Origin: Candidatus Bathyarchaeia archaeon | GTDB lineage: Archaea > Thermoproteota > Bathyarchaeia > Bathyarchaeales > Bathycorpusculaceae | Direction: 5' to 3' | DNA length: 64,000 nt | Assembly (NCBI GenBank): GCA_038882955.1 | Contig: JAVZNC010000002.1 | Location: forward strand, 96,001-160,000 | Shown here: positions 10,092 to 19,749 of the stretch, in pieces | Layout of the letters: the number at the start of each line of letters is the position of its first letter | Numbering within the stretch: position 1 is the first letter of the stretch | Translations under genes and position numbers: made by a program | Notes under the pieces: model-generated | Databases searched by the model: none | What the model was told of the DNA's origin: nothing | Seen by the model: the letters and a program-made list of their open reading frames with translations, nothing else

Positions 10092-10269
10092 CTCAAAGCG
10101 TAATGTCAAGTTTTGGCTAATTTTTGTTTAAAAGCTAGCTGAAAATTGAGTCTGAAGTGTGAATAACTGTTAAGGCTTGTTGCTATAACCTTTTTATAGA
10201 AAAATCTTACAGAAGAGTCTTATAACGAGATGGTTGCAATCCTTCGGTGTGGGCGAGGGCGCAAACTGA

Positions 10270-13200
10270 ATGCCCTATATCAAAAAAATTGAGCTTAAGG
10301 GATTCAAATCATTTGGTCCGCAAACCGTTAAAGTAGTCCTAGATAAGGGTTTTACGGCTATAACTGGACCGAATGGAAGCGGAAAAACAAACATTGTTGA
10401 TGCAGTTCTATTCGCCCTAGGAGAGTTAAGCACAAAAAGGCTCCGTGCAGAAAATGCTGCAAAGCTGATTTTTCACGGTTCAGAGAAGGCTGGACTTGAA
10501 AGAGCGAAAATGGCTAAGGTCATAATACAATTTGATAACACGGACGGTCGGATACCCGTAGACACCACAACAGTTACGGTTTCACGTGAAGTTTACAGAA
10601 ATGGTCAAAGCGTTTACAGGCTTAATGGAAGGCGAATATCAAGAGCCCAAATCCTAGAAATTCTCTCCATGGCTGGGCTAAGCTCAACAAGCCAAAACAT
10701 CATCTTGCAAGGCACAATAACGCGGCTAACAGACATTGCGCCGATGGAAAGAAGAAAAATAATTGAGGATTTGGTTGGAATAGCCCAATACGACGCAGAA
10801 AAAGCTGAAGCTGAAGAGAAACTTAGGACAGCGGACATTTCCATACGTACAGCCATGGGAAGAATAGACGAAGTGCAGCGAAGAGTCGATGACCTAGAAA
10901 GGGAACGCAACCAACTTTTGCGATTCAACTTCATTCAGCGCGAAATAGGAAAGTTTGAGGCAATCAAAATATCAAATGACATAATGCAAATCCAAAAGAA
11001 GATAGAAGAAACAACATCGCAGGCAAAAAAGGTAAAAGAAAGAGTTGAAAAACTGCGGCAACTGCGCGAAGATTTGCGTTCAAAGAGGAGAGGAATAGAG
11101 GGCGAATGGAGAAAATTAAGCTCAGAAATAGTTGAAGAAGGCGGTTCGCAAGTTTTAAAGGTTCAGATGCGTATAGGCGAATTAAAATCAAAATTAACAG
11201 AATTAACGACACGTATAACTTCTGGGAAGACAAGCCTTGAAGGGCTAAAGCGCGTTAGAGAAAACAACCTCGCACAGTACGAGTCTATTAGAAAGGAAAT
11301 TCGCGAAAACCGTTTAAGAATAAAGGAGCTACGAAGCGAATACGAAGCAATTTTAAACCAAATAAACGCAAAACAAGCCGAGCATGATGCGCTTACAAGC
11401 GAAACGGCTCAGCTTTGGGAAAACCTCGGCGAAAACAGTAAAAAAATCCGAGAAATGGAACAGCAAGTAGAAAATCACTACAAGAGACTTTCATATTTAC
11501 GTTCTGAATATGCAAAGAGCCAGACGGCGATAAAAATCCGCATAAGAAGGCTTAACGACCTCAAAAACCGCAAAGAAAGATTCGCGTTAACGCTTGCTGA
11601 ACTCGAGAAGTCATTCGCTGAACTTGAAAAAGTGCAAAAAGAACAGAAAACACAGCTAAAAAACATGCAAAAGATGCTCGAGCGGAAGATTACACAAAAA
11701 GAAGCCATAGAACGCGAAATAGCAGAGGCTGGAAAAATAGCTGACTCGGCAAAGACTGCAGTAATAGAATTCGCAACACAAAGAGAACTCGCAGAAACAG
11801 TAGCTTCTGAGGAAAAAGCCCTCCGAAGCATAGAAGAACTCGGCGAACTTGGAGTAATTCAAGGCGTCTACGGCAGACTTCGCAACTTGATAAAGGTTGA
11901 TGGAGCCTATAAGAGGGCTATTGAAGCTGCAGCGGCTGGCTGGCTTGACGCGGTTGTTGTTAAAGATTTTGATGCCGCTTTCACGTGTGCAGAAACCTTG
12001 AGAAGGATGAAACTTGGACGCATAAAGATAATTCCACTTCAAGGAACTTCAAATCCGAAAGCCTTGAAAGTTCCGCAAGCGGAAGGCGTAAACGGCGCAG
12101 CAACATTTTTCATAAAATGCGAGAAGCATTATGAACCAGCGGTTAACTTTGTTTTCGGGGATACACTAATTGTTTCGAATGAAAAGACTGCGTTCACCTT
12201 ATCAAACGAAGGTTATAGGGTGGTAACGGTTGACGGAGACTTGTACGAGGCTGGAGGTGCGTTTGAAAGCGGTTATTATAGGGCGCCAATAGACTTTTCC
12301 ACAATAATACCAAGCGAGAAAGCCATAAAAAGCCTAGACGAAGCCGTCAATGCCCTTCAACAGCATCTTTCCAAGCGTGGCACAGACTTATCGGCTTTCG
12401 AAGAGGAAATCGACAGGACACGTGTCGAAATTACACGCCTTTCAGAAGCCATAATAACACTTGATAGGGAAATTGCACGCGTTAAAAGGAATGTTAGAAG
12501 AACTAGGGCTAATGTCAGGCGTGTTGACAAGAATATAGCCAAGCTTGAGAAGGAAGTGGAGAACGAAAAGGCTCTAATGTGGAAACACCGCGCTGAAAGC
12601 AGCTCAATCCAAAAGGAAATACGTAAACTTCAAAACGCTTTAGTTGCACTTCGGCAAAAAGCAGACCCATCCTACATTCAAGAGTTAGAAGTTAAGAGGG
12701 AAAAACTCGCTGAAGAAATAATAACTTTAAGGCAGAAGCTCGGCGCGGTTCAAACTGAAATTTCAACGCTTCAATCAAAATTTGACAACGTCTTGAGAGT
12801 TGGGTATCAAAACGCGAAAATCCAGCTTGCAAAAGTTGAACAGCAACTTCGAAAAGTAGAGAAGGAAGTGGAAGAAGCCACAAAAGAACGTGAATCCCTC
12901 AAACTGGAAATAGCGGAGCTTGAAAAGAGTCGCGTTGAACTCTCAAAAACGGTTTTGTCAGCACGTGAAGAAGCGAAAAAATTCACTTCCCAAATAGATG
13001 ACGTTGACAAGGAACTGCGTAAACTTGATTCTGAATATGAGCAGGCTGACCGCCTCCTAAACCAGCTTCAACTCAACATCCAAACGTCAATGCTCCAGCT
13101 TGAACAGCATAGAAGCCAGCTTAGGCAAATTGGGTACGAACAGCCATTGCATGTGACACCAGCCCAAGTTGAGGAGTCTGAAACAACAATTAAAATGATG

Positions 13201-13824
13201 CGTTTCGAACTTGAAAGGATAGGTGCCGTAAACCAATTAGCACTGTCTCACTATGCTGAGCAAATTTCGCGATACAAAGAGCTCTCCCTAAGGCTTAATG
13301 AGTTGGAAAGGGAAAAACAAGCTATAGTCCAGTTTATGAACGAGATTGAAAGTAAAAAGCGCAGGGTCTTCATGGATGCCTTCGAAAAGATAAACGCGAA
13401 TTTGGCGAAGTACTTTAACAAGCTTACTGGGGGCGGAAACGCCACCCTGATGCTTGAGAACCCAGATGAACCGTTTCTTGGCGGGATAGACATGACCGTT
13501 CAGTTCCCAAACAAGCCATCCATTATTGTAAGCGGAGCCAGTGGTGGAGAGCGCTCTGTCGCTGCAGTTGCCTTTATCTTTGCAATAAAAGACTTTACTC
13601 CAGCGTCCTTCTACATTCTAGACGAAATAGACGCACATTTAGACGCTTATCACGTTTCGAAACTCGCTGAAGTGCTGCTAGAGGAATCCGAAAAGACCCA
13701 GTTCATAGTAATAACGTTAAAGCCTGAAATGGTAAACAAAGCGCAGAAAGTCTACGGCGTTTACGAGCGCAATGGAGTCTCAAACGTTATATCAGCCAAG
13801 TTTCTCGAGGTGACCAGCCAATGA
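10270..13824 (+). CDS. smc: chromosome segregation protein SMC
   Basis: GFKSF, Walker A GPNGSGKT, hinge GVYGRL..GRIKIIPL, SGGE signature, DEIDAHLD and long coiled coils. Confidence 0.98.
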   Translation: MPYIKKIELKGFKSFGPQTVKVVLDKGFTAITGPNGSGKTNIVDAVLFALGELSTKRLRAENAAKLIFHGSEKAGLERAKMAKVIIQFDNTDGRIPVDTTTVTVSREVYRNGQSVYRLNGRRISRAQILEILSMAGLSSTSQNIILQGTITRLTDIAPMERRKIIEDLVGIAQYDAEKAEAEEKLRTADISIRTAMGRIDEVQRRVDDLERERNQLLRFNFIQREIGKFEAIKISNDIMQIQKKIEETTSQAKKVKERVEKLRQLREDLRSKRRGIEGEWRKLSSEIVEEGGSQVLKVQMRIGELKSKLTELTTRITSGKTSLEGLKRVRENNLAQYESIRKEIRENRLRIKELRSEYEAILNQINAKQAEHDALTSETAQLWENLGENSKKIREMEQQVENHYKRLSYLRSEYAKSQTAIKIRIRRLNDLKNRKERFALTLAELEKSFAELEKVQKEQKTQLKNMQKMLERKITQKEAIEREIAEAGKIADSAKTAVIEFATQRELAETVASEEKALRSIEELGELGVIQGVYGRLRNLIKVDGAYKRAIEAAAAGWLDAVVVKDFDAAFTCAETLRRMKLGRIKIIPLQGTSNPKALKVPQAEGVNGAATFFIKCEKHYEPAVNFVFGDTLIVSNEKTAFTLSNEGYRVVTVDGDLYEAGGAFESGYYRAPIDFSTIIPSEKAIKSLDEAVNALQQHLSKRGTDLSAFEEEIDRTRVEITRLSEAIITLDREIARVKRNVRRTRANVRRVDKNIAKLEKEVENEKALMWKHRAESSSIQKEIRKLQNALVALRQKADPSYIQELEVKREKLAEEIITLRQKLGAVQTEISTLQSKFDNVLRVGYQNAKIQLAKVEQQLRKVEKEVEEATKERESLKLEIAELEKSRVELSKTVLSAREEAKKFTSQIDDVDKELRKLDSEYEQADRLLNQLQLNIQTSMLQLEQHRSQLRQIGYEQPLHVTPAQVEESETTIKMMRFELERIGAVNQLALSHYAEQISRYKELSLRLNELEREKQAIVQFMNEIESKKRRVFMDAFEKINANLAKYFNKLTGGGNATLMLENPDEPFLGGIDMTVQFPNKPSIIVSGASGGERSVAAVAFIFAIKDFTPASFYILDEIDAHLDAYHVSKLAEVLLEESEKTQFIVITLKPEMVNKAQKVYGVYERNGVSNVISAKFLEVTSQ

Positions 13825-14525
13825 CCGAAGCAGCCATGATTAAAAAGCCATTTTATATGCGCCCGCCGTGGAACATCCTCTTCGAGTTCCACAAACTTGA
13901 GAAACTCACGCCATGGAACATCAACATCGCATATTTGCTGACAAGCTTTCTTAAAGAGATGGAAAAGGCTGGATACATTGATTTTAGGGCTTCAGGCGTA
14001 GCCCTCGACTCATCCGCGTTCATATATCTAATGAAATCAAAACTTCTACTCAAGCTTGAGGAACCTCCACCTCCGCCGAAACCGCCACAGGATTTCTTGC
14101 CTCCGCCTTTGTTTTTGCCGCTTAGGCACGAGTTGACTTCAACGACGATAAAGCATCTGCTAGAGGTTCTGGACGACGTCTTAAAAAGCGAGAAGCTTAT
14201 CCCGCTGGAAAGAGGAGATGTCCAACCGATTCTTCCAACGCCGTCTGATATTCTCCCACAATTCGGAGTTTACTTAATGGAAATTGAATTTCAAATGGAA
14301 GAATTGTACAAGACGCTTCTTGAGATGGTTAAGGGCGGCGGAATAGTCCAATTCTCCACTTTAATTAAAGGCTTCGGGAGGCTTGAAGCAATTCGCAAGT
14401 TCATTTTACTACTTTTTCTGGCGCAAGATGGAAAAGTAAACCTTTGGCAGGAAGAGGAAACAGAGGAAATATATGTAACCGTTGGAGAGTTTAACTTTGC
14501 AAGAAACGAAACAGCAAATGCCTGA
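13821..14525 (+). CDS. scpA: segregation and condensation protein ScpA (kleisin)
   Basis: PWNINI, L.MKSKLLL and the C-terminal winged helix FILLLFLAQDGKVNLWQEE. ATGA overlap with smc. Confidence 0.9.
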   Translation: MTEAAMIKKPFYMRPPWNILFEFHKLEKLTPWNINIAYLLTSFLKEMEKAGYIDFRASGVALDSSAFIYLMKSKLLLKLEEPPPPPKPPQDFLPPPLFLPLRHELTSTTIKHLLEVLDDVLKSEKLIPLERGDVQPILPTPSDILPQFGVYLMEIEFQMEELYKTLLEMVKGGGIVQFSTLIKGFGRLEAIRKFILLLFLAQDGKVNLWQEEETEEIYVTVGEFNFARNETANA

Positions 14526-15108
14526 TTTAGGCGAAACTTTACAGAAAATGCAAGTAGAAGAAAAACTGAAGCATGACCTAGCCCTATTAGAGGCTGCCCT
14601 ATACGTTTCTGGTCGCCCATTAGACTTGAACGAGTTATGTTCTGTTCTGAAGACACGCTCCAAAAATAAAACACGCAAGCTCGCAAGGATGCTTATGCAA
14701 GAATACGCCAAAAGAAACACCGCCCTTGAAATTTTGGAGCTTAAAGACGAAAGGTTTGTTCTCCAACTAAAAGCGGAATATACGCCGCACGTGCGAAAAC
14801 TTGTAAACAGACCTTTGCTTTCCACTGGTCCCTTAAAGACGCTTTCATACATAGCCTACAAGCAACCCATATCACAAAAGAGAGTTATCGATGTTCGGGG
14901 ACGCCACGTTTACAGCCACATAAAACTACTCAAAGAAATGAACCTAATAAGCGCAGAGCGGAAGGGACGCGTAACATTGCTTAGGACAACGGATTATTTT
15001 GCGGATTATTTTGGCTTAAGCCACGACATCCAAACAATGAAGAAGGAACTGAAAAACGTTTTCGAAGACTTTTCAAAGCAAGAAAAGAGCGCCGATTCCA
15101 ACGGATAG
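14497..15108 (+). CDS. scpB: segregation and condensation protein ScpB
   Basis: LEAALYVSGRPL, LKTLSYIAYKQPI and TTDYFADYFGL. Start uncertain (14482/14497/14518). Confidence 0.95.
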   Translation: MQETKQQMPDLGETLQKMQVEEKLKHDLALLEAALYVSGRPLDLNELCSVLKTRSKNKTRKLARMLMQEYAKRNTALEILELKDERFVLQLKAEYTPHVRKLVNRPLLSTGPLKTLSYIAYKQPISQKRVIDVRGRHVYSHIKLLKEMNLISAERKGRVTLLRTTDYFADYFGLSHDIQTMKKELKNVFEDFSKQEKSADSNG

Positions 15109-15167
15109 ATTTATATTACAAGAAAACTGTGATAGTGAACACCAATCTGATTTAGAAGGAAAAAGTA

Positions 15168-15563
15168 ATGTCTGTCTGGCACGGCGACCTTCACAAGAAA
15201 AAACCCAGCGGGGGCAGAAAACGCGTTTACAGAGGAAAACGAAAATTTGAGCAAGGACGCTTTCCAGCGGAAACGCTACTAGGCGAGCCTAAAAAGAAAA
15301 TTGAAAGAGGAAGAGGAAGCACCATCAAAATTAAGGTTTTAAGCGACAAATACGCTTGCATAACAGACCCGAAAACTGGAAAAACCGAAAAAGCCGAAAT
15401 TTTGCGCGTTGTCCGAAACCCATCAAACGTTGATTATGACAGAAGAGGCGTAATAACAAAAGGCGCAATAATAGAAACCACGCTGGGACTGGCGCGCGTC
15501 AGTTCACGCCCAGGACAAAACGGCATAATGAACGCAATACTAATAACCGAAGAAAAGAGCTAA
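15168..15563 (+). CDS. rps8e: 30S ribosomal protein S8e
   Basis: KKPSGG, RKFEQGR, ITKGAII and SRPGQNG motifs. Confidence 0.97.
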   Translation: MSVWHGDLHKKKPSGGRKRVYRGKRKFEQGRFPAETLLGEPKKKIERGRGSTIKIKVLSDKYACITDPKTGKTEKAEILRVVRNPSNVDYDRRGVITKGAIIETTLGLARVSSRPGQNGIMNAILITEEKS

Positions 15564-15915
15564 AATAAATTTCTCTACGTTGACTTCTACTAGATGTTAT
15601 TAAACAGAAGATACTGAATAGTAGTACAGTTAACGGGTTTCTTTTATACGGGCATCATACTGCCTACGCTTTCCTTGGTTCATGGTGCAGCGATTTTTGA
15701 TACTGGTGGTGGCGGATCCTGAAAAAGGCTTAAAACTGCTGCTTGAAGATTTACGGCTAGGGAGGAAACTTCAAGAACAGTTTCTTTAACAAGTGGCAGT
15801 GGACGGTGAGTTTGGGGCTTAAAATCATACTTCATTTTGTTTTGGAAGCGAGTAAGCTTTAAATAAAATATGGTTCATTTCCTAGTTAGCTTTAACTTGA
15901 AATGGACGGCAGTAA

Positions 15916-16389
15916 ATGTCGAGAGAGTTTCGCCACATATTAAGAATAACGGATACCGATGTAGATGGTACCCTAAAAGTCCCTTATGCACTTAGGAAAA
16001 TTAAGGGTGTAAGCCTAAGCTTGGCAAACGCCATTCTGAAGAAGGCTGGAATAAGCCCGCATATGAGGGCTGGTTTTTTGACGGAGGCCGAAGTTGAAAA
16101 GATAGAAGAAATAATAAAAGAGCCCACAAGGTTTGGGCTGCCAAATTGGCTTTTAAACAGAAGAAAGGATTTTGAAACTGGAAAGGATATGCATCTAATC
16201 AGCGCAGACTTGACGTTGAGAACAAAAATGGACATTGAACATGAAAAAGAGTTAAAATCGTGGCGTGGATACCGCCATGCTTACAGCTTGAAGGTGCGTG
16301 GGCAGAGAACAAGAACCACGGGAAGAAGCGGAAAGGCTCTTGGAGTAAAGAAGAAAGCAATTGTTAAACCAGCTTCGGGAAGTAAGTAG
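15916..16389 (+). CDS. rps13: 30S ribosomal protein S13
   Basis: WLLNRRKD, SWRGYRH and VRGQRTRTTGR. Confidence 0.98.
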   Translation: MSREFRHILRITDTDVDGTLKVPYALRKIKGVSLSLANAILKKAGISPHMRAGFLTEAEVEKIEEIIKEPTRFGLPNWLLNRRKDFETGKDMHLISADLTLRTKMDIEHEKELKSWRGYRHAYSLKVRGQRTRTTGRSGKALGVKKKAIVKPASGSK

Positions 16390-16390
16390 C

Positions 16391-16942
16391 ATGGGAGACC
16401 CGAAAAAACAGAAGAAGAAATATGCAACTCCAAGATTTCCATGGCGCGCGGACGTTCTACAAGGAGAGCTGAAACTTTTGGGGCAATACGGCTTACGAAA
16501 CAAGCATGAACTTTGGCGCCACGAGACAATGCTATCAAAATTTAGAGGCATAGCCCGTTCACTTATAGGGAAATCGCCAGAGGAACGCCGAAGGATGGAA
16601 GAAGAACTTTTAAGCCGTTTGAAAAAGCTTGGCGTGCTTGACGAAACAGCTGTTTTAGACGATGTTTTAGACTTAACCGTCGAGGATATCCTTGAAAGGA
16701 GACTCCAAACGGTTGTTTTTCGCAAGGGCTTAGCCAAAACAATACATCAGGCTCGCCAACTAATAACCCATGGACACATAGCAATAGGTGAACGCAGAGT
16801 CACCGTGCCAAGCTACATCGTGACAAGAGAAGATGAAGAAAAAATAGCCTATTGGCCGAAAAGTCCACTCGCCGACCAAAATCACCCAATTCGCCAAGCA
16901 ACAACACTAGCCACAACAAGCCAAAAACAAGAAAGCACGTAG
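16391..16942 (+). CDS. rps4: 30S ribosomal protein S4
   Basis: MGDPKK, YGLRNK, LERRLQT and ARQLITHGHI. Confidence 0.98.
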   Translation: MGDPKKQKKKYATPRFPWRADVLQGELKLLGQYGLRNKHELWRHETMLSKFRGIARSLIGKSPEERRRMEEELLSRLKKLGVLDETAVLDDVLDLTVEDILERRLQTVVFRKGLAKTIHQARQLITHGHIAIGERRVTVPSYIVTREDEEKIAYWPKSPLADQNHPIRQATTLATTSQKQEST

Positions 16943-16951
16943 GGATAAACC

Positions 16952-17356
16952 ATGAGCAGCGCAGGCAAAAAAACCGAAAAATGGGGTGTAGTTCACATTT
17001 ACAGCTCTTACAACAATACAATAATCCACATAACAGACATTTCAGGCGCAGAAACAATCGCGAGAACATCAGGCGGAATGTTCGTGAAGGCGGACAGACT
17101 AGAATCATCGCCCTATGCAGCCATGAGGGCAGCATCAGCCGCAGCGGAAATAGCAAAAGACAAGGGAATAACAGCCATACACATAAAAGTGAGGGCGCCA
17201 GGCGGTTCAGGACCAAGAACGCCTGGTCCAGGCGCACAAGCGGCAATAAGAGCATTGGCTAGGGCTGGTTTTCAGATTGGGCGCATCGAAGAAGTTACGC
17301 CGATTCCGCATGATGGTACTAGAAGACCTGGCGGTAGAAGGGGAAGAAGGGTTTAG
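16952..17356 (+). CDS. rps11: 30S ribosomal protein S11
   Basis: [20 protein letters not shown] and TPIPHDG. Confidence 0.98.
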   Translation: MSSAGKKTEKWGVVHIYSSYNNTIIHITDISGAETIARTSGGMFVKADRLESSPYAAMRAASAAAEIAKDKGITAIHIKVRAPGGSGPRTPGPGAQAAIRALARAGFQIGRIEEVTPIPHDGTRRPGGRRGRRV

Positions 17357-17459
17357 CAGATTCTGCGGTTCTTTTATTGATAGAAAAATTGAAATAATGC
17401 TCCAGTATTCTATTGAACGGCACTGCAGTTAACGCGTATCCTTATGGAGTGTAAAATAA

Positions 17460-18284
17460 GTGAAGATAGAAGTGCTTGAGAAAAACGAAAGTAGTATGCG
17501 TCTGCTTATTCGAGGAGCAGATACTCCGTACATGAACGCCTTAAGGCGAATAGTCATATCGGAAGTTCCATGCATGGCAATAGACGAGGTTGTCATAATA
17601 GAGAATTCTTCTGTGCTTCAAGACGAAATAATAGCGCACAGGCTTGGATTGATTCCGCTGAAAACGGATTTGGATGGTTATAATTTGCCAGAAGAATGTC
17701 AGTGTAAAAGCGAGTTTGGATGCAACCTCTGCAGAGTTACGCTTACGCTTGATGTAGAAGCAAAAAACGAGGCACGAACCGTTTATTCTGGTGACTTGGT
17801 GTCAGAGAACCCCGAAATAGTTCCGGTAAGCAGCAAAATTCCAATAATAAAGCTTGCTAAAGAGCAAAAGCTAAAACTTGAGGCTTACGCGAGGCTTGGA
17901 AAAGGAAAAGCTCATGCCAAATGGCAACCAGTTTCAATGTGCACGTACAAGTACTACCCAAAAATAGAGATAAACCGCAAGGAATGCGACGCATGTGGAA
18001 AATGTGTAGAAATATGCCCAAAAAACGTTTACGTAAAGAAAAACGATGGAATAGAAGTTCAAAATTTGGTGGCTTGCACTCTGTGTATGGACTGTGTTGA
18101 AGCTTGCCCAAAAGACCCAAAGGCTTTGAATGTAAGTTGGGAGGAAGGCACGTTCATATTCAACATTGAAACGACGAATGTTTTGCCGCCTGAAAGGATA
18201 ATTTTAGAGGCTGTTAAAATTTTGGACAAGCAACTAAGCGAGTTTGAAAGCCAAATTAAGGTGGAAAAAGTTGAAGAAAGTTAG
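17460..18284 (+). CDS. rpoD: RNA polymerase subunit D (Rpo3) with ferredoxin-like insert
   Basis: NALRR, DEIIAHRLGLIPL and HAKWQP, with an insert carrying two CxxCxxCxxxCP motifs. Confidence 0.97.
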   Translation: MKIEVLEKNESSMRLLIRGADTPYMNALRRIVISEVPCMAIDEVVIIENSSVLQDEIIAHRLGLIPLKTDLDGYNLPEECQCKSEFGCNLCRVTLTLDVEAKNEARTVYSGDLVSENPEIVPVSSKIPIIKLAKEQKLKLEAYARLGKGKAHAKWQPVSMCTYKYYPKIEINRKECDACGKCVEICPKNVYVKKNDGIEVQNLVACTLCMDCVEACPKDPKALNVSWEEGTFIFNIETTNVLPPERIILEAVKILDKQLSEFESQIKVEKVEES

Positions 18285-18633
18285 GACAACGAACCCCGAA
18301 TTAATTAGGCTTACTAGGTTATTGAAAAAACAAAGCAAGGAAAGCAACACTGCAGTCTGGAAGAAGATAGCTGAAATTTTGGCAAAACCCCGAAGGAAAC
18401 GCGTGGCCGTAAACCTAAGCCGCATAAACAGGTACACGCAGAAAAGCGATGTTATTGTTGTGCCCGGAAAAGTCTTGGGAAATGGGGTTATTAACCACTC
18501 AGTTACCGTTGCTGCTTTTGATTTTTCTGAAAAGGCAAAGGAAAAGATATTGGCTGCAAAGGGTAAATGCATATCAATAATTGACCTTGTAAAAAAGAAT
18601 CCGAAAGGCGCAAACGTTAAGGTTATTGGGTGA
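18271..18633 (+). CDS. rpl18e: 50S ribosomal protein L18e
   Basis: TTNP, VNLSRIN and VPGKVLG. Confidence 0.97.
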   Translation: MKKVRTTNPELIRLTRLLKKQSKESNTAVWKKIAEILAKPRRKRVAVNLSRINRYTQKSDVIVVPGKVLGNGVINHSVTVAAFDFSEKAKEKILAAKGKCISIIDLVKKNPKGANVKVIG

Positions 18634-18637
18634 AAAA

Positions 18638-19081
18638 ATGGAAGGCGCAAACAAGACAATTAGAGTGATAAACGCGGATGGACTTATTCTGGGAAGAATG
18701 GCAAGCATCATAGCCAAAAGGCTTCTACTAGGCGAAGAAATAGTAGTTGTCAATGCAGAAAGGGCTGTAATTTCCGGAAAAAGGGTGAGCAAAGTGCATG
18801 AAAAAAAGGAGTTTTTGAAGGTTGGAGGGCCTAGGGTTGGACCGTTTCATTACAAGCAGCCAGACAGAATTGTTAGAAAAACCGTTAGAGGAATGTTGCC
18901 ATACAAACAGCCTAAGGGCAAACAAGCATACAAGCGGCTTAAAGTCTTCATCGGAGTGCCAGACGAATTTAAAAGCTATAATATAGAAACCTTACCAGAA
19001 GCACAAGCAAACAAATTAACATGCCCATACCTAACTGTGGGTGACCTAGCGAAAGAAATTGGATGGAGCACAGGTGAATAG
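18638..19081 (+). CDS. rpl13: 50S ribosomal protein L13
   Basis: ILGRMAS, VNAE and VRGMLP. Confidence 0.97.
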   Translation: MEGANKTIRVINADGLILGRMASIIAKRLLLGEEIVVVNAERAVISGKRVSKVHEKKEFLKVGGPRVGPFHYKQPDRIVRKTVRGMLPYKQPKGKQAYKRLKVFIGVPDEFKSYNIETLPEAQANKLTCPYLTVGDLAKEIGWSTGE

Positions 19082-19082
19082 A

Positions 19083-19493
19083 ATGCCAGCTAAGAAGGTT
19101 TTGGTTGTTAGCGGAAAAAGAAAAACGGCAGTGGCAAGAGCTGTTGTCAGACCTGGAATGGGAAGGGTTCGCATAAATAGGATACCATTAGAGATATATG
19201 AACCAAAAGTTGCCCGCGAAAAAATAATGGAACCACTAATACAGGCTGGAGACGAAATATGGAAACAGTTGGACATCGACATAAAAGTTTCGGGTGGAGG
19301 CTACATGGGGCAAGCAGAAGCCGCAAGAATGGCAATAGCGAACGCTTTGCTAAAGTGGACAAAAAGCGCGCATCTACGCACACTTTTCGTTGAATATGAT
19401 AGGACGATGATTGCAGGAGACGCGCGGAGAAAGGAACCCAAAAAGTTTGGTGGTCCAGGTGCAAGGGCGCGAGACCAAAAAAGCTACAGATAG
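19083..19493 (+). CDS. rps9: 30S ribosomal protein S9
   Basis: [27 protein letters not shown] and C-terminal QKSYR. Confidence 0.98.
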   Translation: MPAKKVLVVSGKRKTAVARAVVRPGMGRVRINRIPLEIYEPKVAREKIMEPLIQAGDEIWKQLDIDIKVSGGGYMGQAEAARMAIANALLKWTKSAHLRTLFVEYDRTMIAGDARRKEPKKFGGPGARARDQKSYR

Positions 19494-19506
19494 GGGTTGA
19501 AAATGA

Positions 19507-19737
19507 ATGATTATACCAGTTAGATGTTTTACCTGCGGCAAAGTTATAGGGGACATATGGGAAGAATTCGCAAGAAGGGTTAAAGCTGGAGAAAGCGCTG
19601 GCGAAGTTTTAGACAGTTTGGGAATAAAACGCTACTGTTGTAGGCGCATGCTTTTATCACATGTTGAAATAATTGATGAGGTATTACGCTTTTATGAAGA
19701 GGCTGAAAAGAGAAAAGAAATGAGACAATCCTATTAA
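19507..19737 (+). CDS. rpoN: RNA polymerase subunit N (Rpo10)
   Basis: [11 protein letters not shown]...RYCCRRM. Confidence 0.98.
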   Translation: MIIPVRCFTCGKVIGDIWEEFARRVKAGESAGEVLDSLGIKRYCCRRMLLSHVEIIDEVLRFYEEAEKRKEMRQSY

Positions 19738-19749
19738 CTGTGATGACGC

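Noticed and set aside
15564-15915. SRP (7S) RNA or tRNA expected near rps8e/rps13
   Set aside because: No helix-8 GNAR motif, no cloverleaf, and the GC content is too low.
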